Positions 36,968-47,093 of a stretch of 64,000 nucleotides of DNA are shown one piece after another. Positions within the stretch are counted from its first letter, which is position 1; every line of letters starts with the position of its first letter. The notes under the pieces are model-generated. The model was not told the origin of the DNA and made no database searches. It worked only from the letters and a program-made list of their open reading frames with translations. The position numbers and the translations under genes are program-made. This DNA is from Bauldia sp. (GTDB lineage Bacteria > Pseudomonadota > Alphaproteobacteria > Rhizobiales > Kaistiaceae), in assembly GCA_037200845.1 (NCBI GenBank), contig JBBCGQ010000001.1, positions 2,304,237 to 2,368,236 on the forward strand, in the 5' to 3' direction.

Positions 36968-37786
36968 ATGCGCATCCGCATCCGCCACGAGACGGCCTAC
37001 GCCTACGCCACACCGGCGACGCGCGCGATCGAGGTGCTGCGCCTGTCGCCGCGCGGGCACGACGGCCAGTTCATCCTCGACTGGCGCATCGACGTCGACC
37101 ACGACTGCCGTCTCGATCAGTCGTCCGATCCGTTCGGCAACACGCTGCACGCCTTCACCGCCGAGGGTCCGCTGAACGGCCTTACGATCGTCGCCGAAGG
37201 CCAGATCGAGACCAACGATACCGCCGGAGTGATCAACGGCCAGATCGAGCGCTTCCCACCGCTTATCTTTCTGCGCGACACCACGCTGACCACGTCGAAC
37301 GCCGCGATCCGCGATTTCGCCGACACGATTGCCGGACGCGAGGCCGGCAGCCCGCTGAAGGTCATGCACGCCGTCATGCATGGCATCCGCGAGCGGCTGC
37401 GTTTCAAGGTCGACGCCACCGACACCGGCACCAGCGCGACGGAAGCCTTCGGCCTCGGCCAGGGTGTCTGCCAGGATTTCGCGCACATCTTCATCGCCGC
37501 CGCGCGCCACCTCGGCATCCCGTCGCGCTATGTTTCCGGCTACCTTTGCCGCGACGACTACATCCAGCAGGAGGCCGGCCACGCCTGGGCCGAGGCCCTG
37601 ATTCCCGACCTCGGCTGGGTCGGTTTCGACCCGGCGAACGGCGTCAGCCCGACGGAAGCCTACGTCCGCGCCGCCATCGGCCTCGACTATCTCGGCGCCG
37701 CGCCAATCCGGGGCGTTCGCTACGGCGGCAGCGGCGAAACGCTGGCCGTGCACGTCCATGTTGCGGACATCACCCGCGGCCGTTGA
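36968..37786 (+). CDS. transglutaminase-like cysteine protease family protein (Anbu-system component)
   Basis: Bact_transglu_N-like MRIRIRHETAYAY, then GVCQDFAH (Cys), HAWAEA (His), GFDPANG (Asp). Confidence 0.85.
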   Translation: MRIRIRHETAYAYATPATRAIEVLRLSPRGHDGQFILDWRIDVDHDCRLDQSSDPFGNTLHAFTAEGPLNGLTIVAEGQIETNDTAGVINGQIERFPPLIFLRDTTLTTSNAAIRDFADTIAGREAGSPLKVMHAVMHGIRERLRFKVDATDTGTSATEAFGLGQGVCQDFAHIFIAAARHLGIPSRYVSGYLCRDDYIQQEAGHAWAEALIPDLGWVGFDPANGVSPTEAYVRAAIGLDYLGAAPIRGVRYGGSGETLAVHVHVADITRGR

Positions 37787-37885
37787 AACCACGTCCCGCT
37801 TTTTTCATTGCGACTCGTGGCTAAACCCTCAAAATCCCCCCGCGGTTGGGGAGCCGGGGGCGAGCGTAGCTATGCGGGCAATGCC

Positions 37886-38632
37886 ATGACCTATTGCGTG
37901 GGCATCCTCGTCCGCGAAGGACTGGTGATGATCGCCGACACCCGCACCAACGCGGGCCTCGACAACATCGCCACGTTCCGCAAGCTGCACGTCTTCGAGA
38001 AGCCGGGCGTCTGCGCGCTGGGCATCGCCACCGCCGGCAATCTGGCGGTGACGCAGTCGGCGCTGACGCTGGCGAGCGAGGGCATGAAAAATCCCGAGAC
38101 CGGCGCGCTCGAGACGCTGACCGACATGCCGTCGATGTTCGCGGCGGCGAAATTCCTCGGCCGCGCCGTGCGCGAGGCGCGAAACGAGATCGGCGAGACG
38201 CTCGAGCAGGAAGACACCAGCGCCTTCCACGTCTCGATGCTGTTCGGCGGCCAGATCCTCGGCGGCCGGCTGCGGCTGTTCATGATCTACGCCGCCGGCA
38301 ACTTCATCGAGGCGACGCCCGACACGCCCTATCTGCAGATCGGCGAGCACAAATACGGCAAGCCGATCCTCGACCGCTCGGTGACCGAGTCGACGACGCT
38401 CGACGAAGCGCTGAAGCTCGGGCTGATCTCGATGGACTCGACCATCCGCTCCAATCTCTCGGTCGGCCTGCCGATCGATATTCTCACCATCCGGCGCGAC
38501 ACCGAGAAGCTCGAGTTGAGCTACCGCGTCGAGGCGGCGGAGCCCTACTTCCACGATCTCCGCGAGCGCTGGTCGGCTGCGCTGCGCGCCGCCCACAAGG
38601 CGATCCCCTCGCCGCCGTATAAATCGAGATGA
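37886..38632 (+). CDS. proteasome-beta-like Ntn peptidase Anbu
   Basis: [24 protein letters not shown], where Thr2 would be the N-terminal nucleophile. 248 aa. Positioned after the ATP-grasp/alpha-E/transglutaminase genes. Confidence 0.8.
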   Translation: MTYCVGILVREGLVMIADTRTNAGLDNIATFRKLHVFEKPGVCALGIATAGNLAVTQSALTLASEGMKNPETGALETLTDMPSMFAAAKFLGRAVREARNEIGETLEQEDTSAFHVSMLFGGQILGGRLRLFMIYAAGNFIEATPDTPYLQIGEHKYGKPILDRSVTESTTLDEALKLGLISMDSTIRSNLSVGLPIDILTIRRDTEKLELSYRVEAAEPYFHDLRERWSAALRAAHKAIPSPPYKSR

Positions 38633-39369
38633 CAGCCAAGGTTGCCCTCGTCACCGGCGGCGGCTCGGGCATCGGCCGCGCCGTGGCCCTCGGCCTCGGC
38701 CGCGCCGGATATTCGGTCGTGGTCGCCGGACGGCGCATCGGGCCGCTGGAGGCAGCGGCGCGCGACATCGGCAACGGCGCCATCGCGGTGCCGGCCGACG
38801 TCGGCGACCCGAAATCGGTCGGCGCACTTTTCGCCCGCGTGAAGCAGGCTTTCGGCCGGCTCGATCTGCTCTTCAACAACGCCGGCGTCAGCCTGTCGCT
38901 GCCGATGGACGAGATCAGCTTCGAGCAGTGGCAGGCTGCGATCGGCGCCAATCTCACCGGCCCGTTCCTGTGCACGCAGGAAGCCTTCCGCCTGATGAAG
39001 GCGCAGGCGCCGCAGGGCGGCCGCATCATCAACAACGGCTCGATCTCGGCGCACGTGCCGCGCCCCAACATGGCGCCCTACACCGCCACCAAGCATGGGA
39101 TCACCGGCCTGACCAAGTCGACGGCGCTGGAAGGCCGCCAATGGAACATCGCCTGCGGCCAGATCGATATCGGCAACGCCGCCACCGACATGACCAGCCG
39201 CATGCAGACGGGCGCCTTGCAGGCTAACGGCACCACCGCGACCGAGCCGCGCTTGGACGTGACCCACGTCGTCGATGCCGTGCTCTACATGGCCGGCCTG
39301 CCGCTCGACGCCAATGTGCTGTTCATGACGGTGATGGCGACGACGATGCCGTACGTCGGGCGGGGCTAA
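38629..39369 (+). CDS. SDR family oxidoreductase
   Basis: [19 protein letters not shown] motifs. ATG overlaps the Anbu stop (ATGA). Confidence 0.85.
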   Translation: MTAKVALVTGGGSGIGRAVALGLGRAGYSVVVAGRRIGPLEAAARDIGNGAIAVPADVGDPKSVGALFARVKQAFGRLDLLFNNAGVSLSLPMDEISFEQWQAAIGANLTGPFLCTQEAFRLMKAQAPQGGRIINNGSISAHVPRPNMAPYTATKHGITGLTKSTALEGRQWNIACGQIDIGNAATDMTSRMQTGALQANGTTATEPRLDVTHVVDAVLYMAGLPLDANVLFMTVMATTMPYVGRG

Positions 39370-39632
39370 TTCAGCCGCAACTCCATCGACACCGCACGCA
39401 CCTCGCTCGGCGTGATCAGCCGCTTGTGCGCGACCTTGACCGAGTGCAGCGGCCCGTCGAGCTTCGCCTCCCAGAAATCGAGGAAGTCGCGCAACTTGGG
39501 AAAGCGCGGGGCAATGTCGTAGCCCTGCCAGACGTACGTCTGCAGCAGCGAGCGGTGGTCCGGCAGGCGGTAGAAGATTTCCGCCGTCGTCAGGCCGTAG
39601 CCCTCGAGGTTCCTGAAATCGAACGCGGTCAT
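39366..39632 (-). CDS. Usg family protein
   Basis: 88 aa. [38 protein letters not shown] matches the Usg-like family as I recall it. Confidence 0.8.
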   Translation of the reverse strand: MTAFDFRNLEGYGLTTAEIFYRLPDHRSLLQTYVWQGYDIAPRFPKLRDFLDFWEAKLDGPLHSVKVAHKRLITPSEVRAVSMELRLN

Positions 39633-39756
39633 CAGCCCGACTCCTCTGCTGGCAGGTTCACGCTCCTGTCATGCAAAAGCAACGCCGGTTTCGCGGATTC
39701 GTTCGCAGGGTCAAATGATTAGCAGCATGCCGCCGAGGCTGCTGACAAACACAGAC

Positions 39757-39830
39757 GGCAGTCGGCACGGGGCAATCGGTAGTCGGTAGCGGAGATGCTC
39801 CGACTGCCGACTGCCGACTTCCCAATTGCC
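39757..39830. repeat. imperfect long hairpin built from (C/T)AGTCGG heptads
   Basis: GGCAATCGGTAGTCGGTAGCGG - AGATGCT - CCGACTGCCGACTGCCGACTTCCCAATTGCC, directly 3' of the minus-strand cNMP-domain gene. Confidence 0.55.
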
Positions 39831-39833
39831 GCC

Positions 39834-40532
39834 CTACCGCGGCGGCCGCTCGCCGTGCGCTGCCGCCATGTTGGAGCGGTTGAGCTTCTCGCGGAGGCTC
39901 CGTTCGACCGCGAGCTCGATCGCGTCCTGTAACTCCGTGTGGCTGTCGAGCAGGCGATAGAGGCGCGTCGCCTCGAAGCCCAGGTAGCGCACCGGCGTGG
40001 CGCACACGGCGGTCGCCATCGCCGCCTCGCCGGTCGAGATGCCGGTCTCGCCGAGCAGCGATCCGGCCGTGACCTCCGCGACCTTCTTGCCGTCGACGAT
40101 GATGTCGACCTGGCCGCGCACGACGAAACAAAGTTCCGCGATGCGCTCGCCGCTCCTGGTCAGCACCGTGCCGGGCACGACCTCGCGCCAGCGCCCTACC
40201 GCCAGCAGCCGGCGCACCTGGCCGGCATTGAGGCCGGGCACCGCCTGCTCGTGGAACATCTGCTCCTCGGCGCTGAGCCGGCCGCCCCAGCGCCAGTTGA
40301 TGGCGCGAACGATACGCACCAGTGCGACCAGCACCAGCAGCGCCCACCAGAAGCCTTCTGTGGCATTGAAGCCGAAGTAGATGGTGGTGACGCCGCCGAC
40401 CAGCCCGGCGGCCAGCGCCAGCCAGCGCACTAGCGCGATGGTCGGCATCGCCACGGCGACGACGATGAGGAACAGCGCCACGTGGTGGGCAAGCGCGGTC
40501 GGCGAGAGAATATCGGTCAGCCAGAGATTCAT
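39834..40532 (-). CDS. membrane protein with C-terminal cyclic-nucleotide-binding-like domain
   Basis: Three N-terminal TM segments, then a CNB-fold-like region (FVVRGQVDIIVDGKKVAEVTAGSLLGETG). The canonical phosphate-binding Arg seems absent (AAMATAV). Confidence 0.7.
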   Translation of the reverse strand: MNLWLTDILSPTALAHHVALFLIVVAVAMPTIALVRWLALAAGLVGGVTTIYFGFNATEGFWWALLVLVALVRIVRAINWRWGGRLSAEEQMFHEQAVPGLNAGQVRRLLAVGRWREVVPGTVLTRSGERIAELCFVVRGQVDIIVDGKKVAEVTAGSLLGETGISTGEAAMATAVCATPVRYLGFEATRLYRLLDSHTELQDAIELAVERSLREKLNRSNMAAAHGERPPR

Positions 40533-40566
40533 GCCGCGACCATACGCAATTTCGCGCTCCGGAACA

Positions 40567-42144
40567 TCAGGCCGGCTTGCCGCCCAGCGCCGCCAGCGCT
40601 TCCGGCGTATCGACGTCGAGCGCGATATCGGCGCCGAGCTCGATTTCGACGACCGCGTCGCGGTGCGCCTCGATCAGCCGGCGCCCGCCGGTATCGCCCG
40701 TCACCGCCATCAGTTCCGGGAAGAAGCGGCGCGACCAGACCACCGGATTGCCGCGCTGGCCCGCGAACGACGGCACGACGATGCCGCCCGGGCGGAACGC
40801 CTCGATCAGGCGATCGACGGTCGCCGAAGTGACCGCCGGCATGTCGGCGAGCAGCACGACGGCGGCGTCGACATCGTCGAACAGCGACGCAAGCCCGGCG
40901 CGGAGCGAGGTCGACAGGCCGCCGGCAAAGTCGGGATTGTGCACGCGCGCCACGTCGAGGCCGGCGAGCGCGGCCTCGACTTCCTGCGGCGCGTAGCCGG
41001 TGACCACCGTCAGCGACGCGGCGCCTGAGCCGACCGCCGCTTCCGCCGCGATGCGCACCAGCGGCCGGCCGCCGATGGTCGCGACCAGCTTGTTGGCCTC
41101 GCCCATGCGGCGCGAGGAGCCGGCGGCGAGCAGCAGCGCCGCAATCTTCGGCGCCGCGCCGGCGCGCGGCTGCGGCCGCGTCACGATCTCGCCGAGCAGG
41201 CCGCCGACGCCCATCGCCGCGACATCGTCCGAGGTGACCTCGAGCCCGGCGAGCATGCGCGCCAGCACCCAGTCGAAGCCGTTCTCCTTCGGGCTCCGCG
41301 CGCAACCCGGCGCGCCGATCACCGGCACGTCGCCGATGCGCCCGAGCACGATCAGGTTGCCCGGATCGACCGGCATGCCGAGGCGCGTGACCGCGCCGCC
41401 CGCCTGCCGGATCGCCGCGGGGATGACGTCGTCGCCATCGACCACGGCGGAAGCACCGAACGCGATCAGCAGGCCGGCACCCTGCCCGGCCAGCGCCGCG
41501 AGCGACGCCGCGACCGCATCGGCGTCGTGCGCGACGCGATCCTCGCGCAGCACCGACGCGCCGGCCGGCGCCAGCCGCTCGTCGAGCAGGCGGCGCGTCT
41601 TGTCCATCACTGCCGGTTTGACCGACGGCAGCGTCGTCGCCACCAGGCCGACCTTCATCGCGCGGAACGGCGCGACGCGGATCGCCGCGCCGGCGTTTGC
41701 TTTGGCCAAAGTCGCACGCGGAACGGCGAACGGGATGATCTTCACCGTCGCGATCATCTGGCCGGCCGCGACGGCGGCGTATTCCGGCACCGTCGCAACG
41801 GTGATGGCGGGATCGACGCGGTTCAGCCGGTCGATGGCGGCGCGGTCGATGACCACGACGCCGGACGCCTCGGCCGTGAGGTTGGCGCGGCCGGTGAAGG
41901 GACGTGCCGCGCGCACGCCTTTGCCGGCGAGCAGCGCGGCGATCGTGGCCGCGGCCTCATCCTCCGGCACGTCGTCGACGTCGAGGCGCGCCACGGTGAC
42001 CTCGGCGATGCCGGCCGCGGCAAGTGCTGCGATGTGTTCCGCGGTGAGCAAAGTGCCCTTGCGGAGCGCACCGTCGGCAAGGCGCACCGAATGGGCGAGG
42101 ATCGCGCCGCCGGCTGCCGCGACCGGCACGGGACCGAATTTCAC
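40567..42144 (-). CDS. fusion protein: molybdopterin-binding (MoCF_biosynth) domain + MobA/MocA-like nucleotidyltransferase
   Basis: C-terminal LLAAGSSRRMG...NK NTP-transferase motif, N-terminal MoeA/CinA-like binding fold. GTG at 42144 overlaps the upstream stop (GTGA). Confidence 0.75.
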   Translation of the reverse strand: MKFGPVPVAAAGGAILAHSVRLADGALRKGTLLTAEHIAALAAAGIAEVTVARLDVDDVPEDEAAATIAALLAGKGVRAARPFTGRANLTAEASGVVVIDRAAIDRLNRVDPAITVATVPEYAAVAAGQMIATVKIIPFAVPRATLAKANAGAAIRVAPFRAMKVGLVATTLPSVKPAVMDKTRRLLDERLAPAGASVLREDRVAHDADAVAASLAALAGQGAGLLIAFGASAVVDGDDVIPAAIRQAGGAVTRLGMPVDPGNLIVLGRIGDVPVIGAPGCARSPKENGFDWVLARMLAGLEVTSDDVAAMGVGGLLGEIVTRPQPRAGAAPKIAALLLAAGSSRRMGEANKLVATIGGRPLVRIAAEAAVGSGAASLTVVTGYAPQEVEAALAGLDVARVHNPDFAGGLSTSLRAGLASLFDDVDAAVVLLADMPAVTSATVDRLIEAFRPGGIVVPSFAGQRGNPVVWSRRFFPELMAVTGDTGGRRLIEAHRDAVVEIELGADIALDVDTPEALAALGGKPA

Positions 42145-42842
42145 GCCGCCGCTTCCTTCGCCACGGCGCCGCGACTGCGCAGCGTCGCGATCACCTCGGC
42201 GAGGATCGACACCGCGATCTCGGCCGGCGACTGCGCGCCGATGGCAAGGCCGATCGGCCCGCGCACGCGCGCCACCGCGCGCTCGTCGAGGCCGAGGGCG
42301 CGCAGCCGGTCGAGACGCTTGGCCTGCGTCTTCCGGCTGCCGAGCGCGCCGACGTAGAAGCATTCCGCACGAAGCGCCGCCTCCAGCGCCCCGTCGTCAA
42401 TCTTCGGGTCATGCGTCAGCGCCGCTATTGCCGTGAACGGATCGAGGCCGAGTTTCGGCAGCGCGTCCTGCGGCCACTCGGCGATGAGCGTCACATCGGG
42501 AAACCGGTCGGGCGTCGCGAAGGCCGTGCGCGGATCGACGATGGTCATATCGAAGCCGGCCAGCTTCGCCATCGGCGCCAGCGCCTGGCTGATGTGCACC
42601 GCGCCGATGACGATGAGGCGCGGCGGCGGCAGGTGGACGGTGAGGAACGTGTTCGCCTCGCCGACGGTGCCCGACGCGCCGGAAGCAAAGCGCCGGCGGA
42701 GCTCGTCGGCGAGCGGATCGCCGTCGTAGCCTTCGTGCTCGACCACCAGGCGCAGGTGGCCGCTGGCGAGATCGGTGACCAGGATCGCCGCCTGCCGCTT
42801 CTGCCGCGCCGCGTTCAGCCGCTCGAGGATGTCGAGTTTCAT
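42141..42842 (-). CDS. XdhC/CoxI family accessory protein (Rossmann-type C-terminal domain)
   Basis: RLIVIGAVHISQALAPMAKLAGFDMTIVDPR ... LTHDPKIDD ... YVGALGSRKT pattern. Confidence 0.8.
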   Translation of the reverse strand: MKLDILERLNAARQKRQAAILVTDLASGHLRLVVEHEGYDGDPLADELRRRFASGASGTVGEANTFLTVHLPPPRLIVIGAVHISQALAPMAKLAGFDMTIVDPRTAFATPDRFPDVTLIAEWPQDALPKLGLDPFTAIAALTHDPKIDDGALEAALRAECFYVGALGSRKTQAKRLDRLRALGLDERAVARVRGPIGLAIGAQSPAEIAVSILAEVIATLRSRGAVAKEAAA

Positions 42843-43166
<324 letters not shown>

Positions 43167-43254
43167 GCGTCGGCGCTCCGATGTGTCCGGCTGAATATAA
43201 CGCGGCACTCCGCCTCCGTCATGGCCGGACCCGCGCTGCGAACCAGCCCACTCT

Positions 43255-43345
43255 GCTTTCCCCACGGGGACGCAGGAGGTTCAGTACGAGACGCCAGCTC
43301 CCGGCAGACTTCCGGCACCTGGATCCCCGCTTTCGCAGGGAAAGC
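43255..43345. repeat. family A hairpin pair (left copy degenerate)
   Basis: CCCCACGGGGACGCAGG at ~43259 and CTGGATCCCCGCTTTCGCAGGGAAAGCGGAG at 43319-43349. Confidence 0.65.
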
Positions 43346-43368
43346 GGAGGGGGCACGCCCGCTCAGAC

Positions 43369-44700
43369 TTACTTCGCCACCGACACCCGCCAGATCGTGT
43401 TGTTGCCGTCCTCGCTGACCAGCAGCGCACCGTCCTTGGCGACCGCCACGCCAACCGGGCGGCCATCGACCGCGTCGTCGTTGAGGACGAAGCCGGTCAT
43501 AAAGTCTTCGTACTCGCCGGTCGCCACGCCGTCCTTCATCGGGATGCGCACGACCTTGTAGCCGGTACGCGCCCCGCGGTTGGACGAGCCGTGCATCGTG
43601 GCGAAGGCGTCGCCGCGATATTCCTCCGGGAACATCGCGCCGTCGTAGAAGACGAGTCCCAGCGGCGCCGAGTGCGGCGCGAGCAGCACGTCGGGCACCG
43701 TGACCTTGCCCTTGAGGTCGGGCCGCTCGCCGGCGTGGCGCGGATCCTCGTGGTCGCCGATGTAGTACCAGGGCCAGCCGTAGAAGGCGCCGTCGGCGAT
43801 GTGCGTGATGAAATCGGGCGGCACGTTGGCGCCGATGCCGTCGCGCTCGTTCGCCGCGCACCACAGCGCGTTGGTCTTCGGCTGGATGGCGATGCCCGAG
43901 CAGTTGCGGATGCCGCCGGCGATGATGCGGCCCTCGTTGCCGGACGGGTCGAAGGTGAAGATCGAGGCGCGCCCCTGCTCCGCCGACCACGCCGCGCCGA
44001 CGCCGAGCGCCGCCTCCAGCCGCGCGATCTCGTCCGGCGATTTTTGCGGCAGTCCGTCCGCCGCGTTGGTCGCCGATCCGACGGTCAGATACATGAGCCG
44101 GTTGTCGGGCGAGAAGAGAATGTCGCGCGTGTTGTGGCCTTCCGCCGGAATGCCGCCGAGCACGGTGCGCGGCCGCGTCTCGGCCTTGAGGTCGCCGCTC
44201 TTGTAGGGGAAGCGGATGATGCGATTGCTCTCCGCGACGTAGAGCCAGACCGGATCGTTGCCGGCCGGATAGAACGCGATGCCGTAGGCGTAGCCGAGAT
44301 TCTCGGCAAAGACGCTGCGCTCGCTCACCTTGCCGTCGGCGCCGGTGCGCAAGACGGTGATCCGCCCTGCCCCGCTTTCGGCGACGAAGATATCGCCGTT
44401 CGGCGCCACGCGGATGACGCGCGGTCCCTTGAGGTCGCCGGCGAACAGATCGACCGCGAAGCCCGGCGGCACGGCAGGCTTCGCGTCCGCCGGCATCGGC
44501 AGGATCGGCGCCAGCGCGGCGGCGCCGTTTTCCGGGGTGAGATTTGCCGCCGGCAGGTCGGCCGGCGTGATCAGGCGGCGAACGCCGGGACGGTCGGAGT
44601 GCCAGTCGCCGAACGCCGCCTCCCCGGTCAGCGTGCCCTCCGCCGAAGCCGCGGCGGCGCAGAGCAGGAACGGCACGGCAAGCGTCAGGCCTTTCAGCAT
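43369..44700 (-). CDS. PQQ-dependent sugar (sorbosone-type) dehydrogenase, secreted
   Basis: Signal peptide. VAPNGDIFVAES, IRNCSGIAIQP, AFYGWPWYYIG and HSAPLGLVFYDG beta-propeller motifs. Confidence 0.8.
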   Translation of the reverse strand: MLKGLTLAVPFLLCAAAASAEGTLTGEAAFGDWHSDRPGVRRLITPADLPAANLTPENGAAALAPILPMPADAKPAVPPGFAVDLFAGDLKGPRVIRVAPNGDIFVAESGAGRITVLRTGADGKVSERSVFAENLGYAYGIAFYPAGNDPVWLYVAESNRIIRFPYKSGDLKAETRPRTVLGGIPAEGHNTRDILFSPDNRLMYLTVGSATNAADGLPQKSPDEIARLEAALGVGAAWSAEQGRASIFTFDPSGNEGRIIAGGIRNCSGIAIQPKTNALWCAANERDGIGANVPPDFITHIADGAFYGWPWYYIGDHEDPRHAGERPDLKGKVTVPDVLLAPHSAPLGLVFYDGAMFPEEYRGDAFATMHGSSNRGARTGYKVVRIPMKDGVATGEYEDFMTGFVLNDDAVDGRPVGVAVAKDGALLVSEDGNNTIWRVSVAK

Positions 44701-44774
44701 CGCGTCCGCCTCCCAGCAAACGGAAAGCCCGGCGGTTTGCGCCGCCGGGCTCTAGGTCTTACGGCCCGCCGAGA

Positions 44775-46121
44775 CTACGACGGATTGACGTCATGCGAAA
44801 CGCGCCAGATCGAACCGCTGCCGTCGTCGGTGACGATCAGCGCGCCGTCCTTGGCGACGGCGACGCCCACCGGACGGCCCCACACCTGCTCCGACGACAT
44901 GCCAAAGCCGGTCATGAAGTCTTCGTAGGCGCCGGTCGGCTTGCCGTTGTCCATCAGCAGGCGGACGACCTTGTAGCCGGTGCGCATGCCGCGGTTCCAC
45001 GAGCCGTGCATGGTGGCGAACGCGTCGCCCTTGTACTCCGGCGGGAACATGCCGCCGTCGTAGAAGGCGATGTTGAGCGGCGCCGAGTGGGCCTGGAACA
45101 GCACGTCGGGCACGGTCACCTTGCCGGCGAGGTCGGGACGCTGTCCCTTCAGCGGCGCGCGCGGGTCCTCGTTCGAGCCGATGTAGTACCAGGGCCAGCC
45201 GTAGAAAGCGCCGTCCTTCACCGTGGTGGCGTAGTCCGGCACGAGGTTGTCGCCGAGCCCGTCGCGCTCGTTGGTGACGCACCACAGCGCATTGGTCGCC
45301 GGCTGCAGCGTCATGCCCGAGCAGTTGCGGATGCCGGTCGCGACGACCCGCATGTTCTTGCCGTCGGGATCGTAGGCGAGCACCGCGGCGCGCGCCTCCT
45401 CCTCGTTCCACATCTCGCCCAGCGGATGCGACGCCGCGAACTGCGCGATGCCGCCGTCGGGCAGGCCACTGACGTCCTCGCCGATGTTCGAGCCCGAGCC
45501 GACGGAGAGGTAGAGCGTCTTGCCGTCGGCGGAGAAGGCGATGTCGCGCGTCCAGTGATGGTTGGACGGCACGTTGGGGATGATGGTCTCGGCCGCCGCC
45601 GTCGCCTTCAGGTCGCCCGCCTTGTACGGATAGCGCACGACGCTGTCGGAGTTCGCCACATAGACGTATTGCGGATTGTCGAGCGGATAGAACGCGATGC
45701 CGTACGGCTGGTTGAGGCCGTCGGCGAAGGTCGAGTCCTGCGCGACCTTGCCGGAAGCATCGAGACGCAGAACGTGGACGGTGTTGGCCGAGGAGTCGGC
45801 GACGAACAGGTCGCCGTTCGGCGCCACACGCACGACGCGCGGCTGCTGGTAGCCCTGCGCCAGCAGATCGACGGTGAAGCCTGCTGCTACTATCGGCTTC
45901 GCGTCGGGCGGCCGGTCGACCAGGCCCGGCGCGTTGGAGGCAGACTCGGTCGCGAACGGCGCCGGCAGGTCGCCCGGCTTGATCAGACGCCGGACGCCCG
46001 GCGCCTGGCTGTCCCAGCCGCCGAAGGCGGCCTGGCCGGTCAGCACCTGGCTGTCGGCCGCAAACGATGGCGCCGCGGCAAATGCCGCCGCAAACGCCAG
46101 AAGGATGGTGGATTTCCGCAT
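44775..46121 (-). CDS. PQQ-dependent sugar (sorbosone-type) dehydrogenase, secreted paralog
   Basis: About 55-60% identical by eye to the neighbouring gene, with the same motifs. Start at MRKSTILLAFAAAFAA. Confidence 0.8.
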   Translation of the reverse strand: MRKSTILLAFAAAFAAAPSFAADSQVLTGQAAFGGWDSQAPGVRRLIKPGDLPAPFATESASNAPGLVDRPPDAKPIVAAGFTVDLLAQGYQQPRVVRVAPNGDLFVADSSANTVHVLRLDASGKVAQDSTFADGLNQPYGIAFYPLDNPQYVYVANSDSVVRYPYKAGDLKATAAAETIIPNVPSNHHWTRDIAFSADGKTLYLSVGSGSNIGEDVSGLPDGGIAQFAASHPLGEMWNEEEARAAVLAYDPDGKNMRVVATGIRNCSGMTLQPATNALWCVTNERDGLGDNLVPDYATTVKDGAFYGWPWYYIGSNEDPRAPLKGQRPDLAGKVTVPDVLFQAHSAPLNIAFYDGGMFPPEYKGDAFATMHGSWNRGMRTGYKVVRLLMDNGKPTGAYEDFMTGFGMSSEQVWGRPVGVAVAKDGALIVTDDGSGSIWRVSHDVNPS

Positions 46122-46210
46122 GGCTCGCTCCTGCAGTCGTGGAGTGCGCCCCCGTGGCAACGGAAATGGGGCGATGGCGGGCCGCTTCAAGGGACGCTAG
46201 ATATTCGCCG

Positions 46211-47071
46211 ATGACCGAAACCAACGATCCGCGCGATCTCGTTGCCTGGTACGCCGAGGTGGGCATCGACGTCGCGCTGGAGGAAGCACCCGTCGACCGC
46301 TTCGCCGCGCGCGCGCCAACGCCGCAACCGGCGGCGTCAGCGCCCATGCCGACGCCGGCCGCACCGTTATCGTTCGACCGCAACGCGCCGCTCCCGCCAC
46401 CGCGCACGCTGATCGCACCGGCCGCGCAACCGGCAGCGCCGCCCGACGAAACGGCGCGCGCCGCGCGGGCCGCGGCGCAGGCGGCGAACACGCTCGACGA
46501 ACTGCGCGCCGCGCTGGAAAATTTCGAAGGCTGCGGCCTGCGCAAGACGGCGACGCAACTCGTGTTCGCCGACGGCACGCCGGGCAGCCGGGTCATGCTG
46601 GTCGGCGAGGCCCCGGGCCGCGACGAGGACATCCAGGGCCTGCCCTTCGTCGGCCGCTCGGGCCAACTGCTCGACCGGATGCTGGCCGCCATCGGCCTCG
46701 ACCGCACGTCGGTCTACATCGCCAACGTCGTGCCCTGGCGCCCGCCGGGCAATCGCACGCCGACGCCGCAGGAGACGGCGGCCTGCCGCCCGTTCACGCT
46801 CCGCCAGATCCAATTGTCGAACCCCGATTTCCTGATCTGCCTCGGCGCACCCTCGGCCGCCGAATTGATGGGCAACACGCAGGGCATCCTGAAATTCCGC
46901 GGCCGCTGGCATGACTTTGACACCGGCACGCGCACCATCAAGGCGATGGCGACGCTCCACCCCGCCTATCTTCTGCGCCAGCCGCTGCAGAAGCGGCTCG
47001 CCTGGCGCGATTTCCTGATGCTGCGGGAAGCCTTGAATTCCGGGGCGGAGACGGCGAAGACTGGCCCTTGA
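46211..47071 (+). CDS. uracil-DNA glycosylase superfamily protein (family 4-like) with Pro/Ala-rich N-terminal extension
   Basis: LVGEAPGRDEDIQGLPFVGRSGQLL and HPAYLLRQP motifs. Confidence 0.8.
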   Translation: MTETNDPRDLVAWYAEVGIDVALEEAPVDRFAARAPTPQPAASAPMPTPAAPLSFDRNAPLPPPRTLIAPAAQPAAPPDETARAARAAAQAANTLDELRAALENFEGCGLRKTATQLVFADGTPGSRVMLVGEAPGRDEDIQGLPFVGRSGQLLDRMLAAIGLDRTSVYIANVVPWRPPGNRTPTPQETAACRPFTLRQIQLSNPDFLICLGAPSAAELMGNTQGILKFRGRWHDFDTGTRTIKAMATLHPAYLLRQPLQKRLAWRDFLMLREALNSGAETAKTGP

Positions 47072-47093
47072 GAATCACGCTCGTCCGCCTGAG

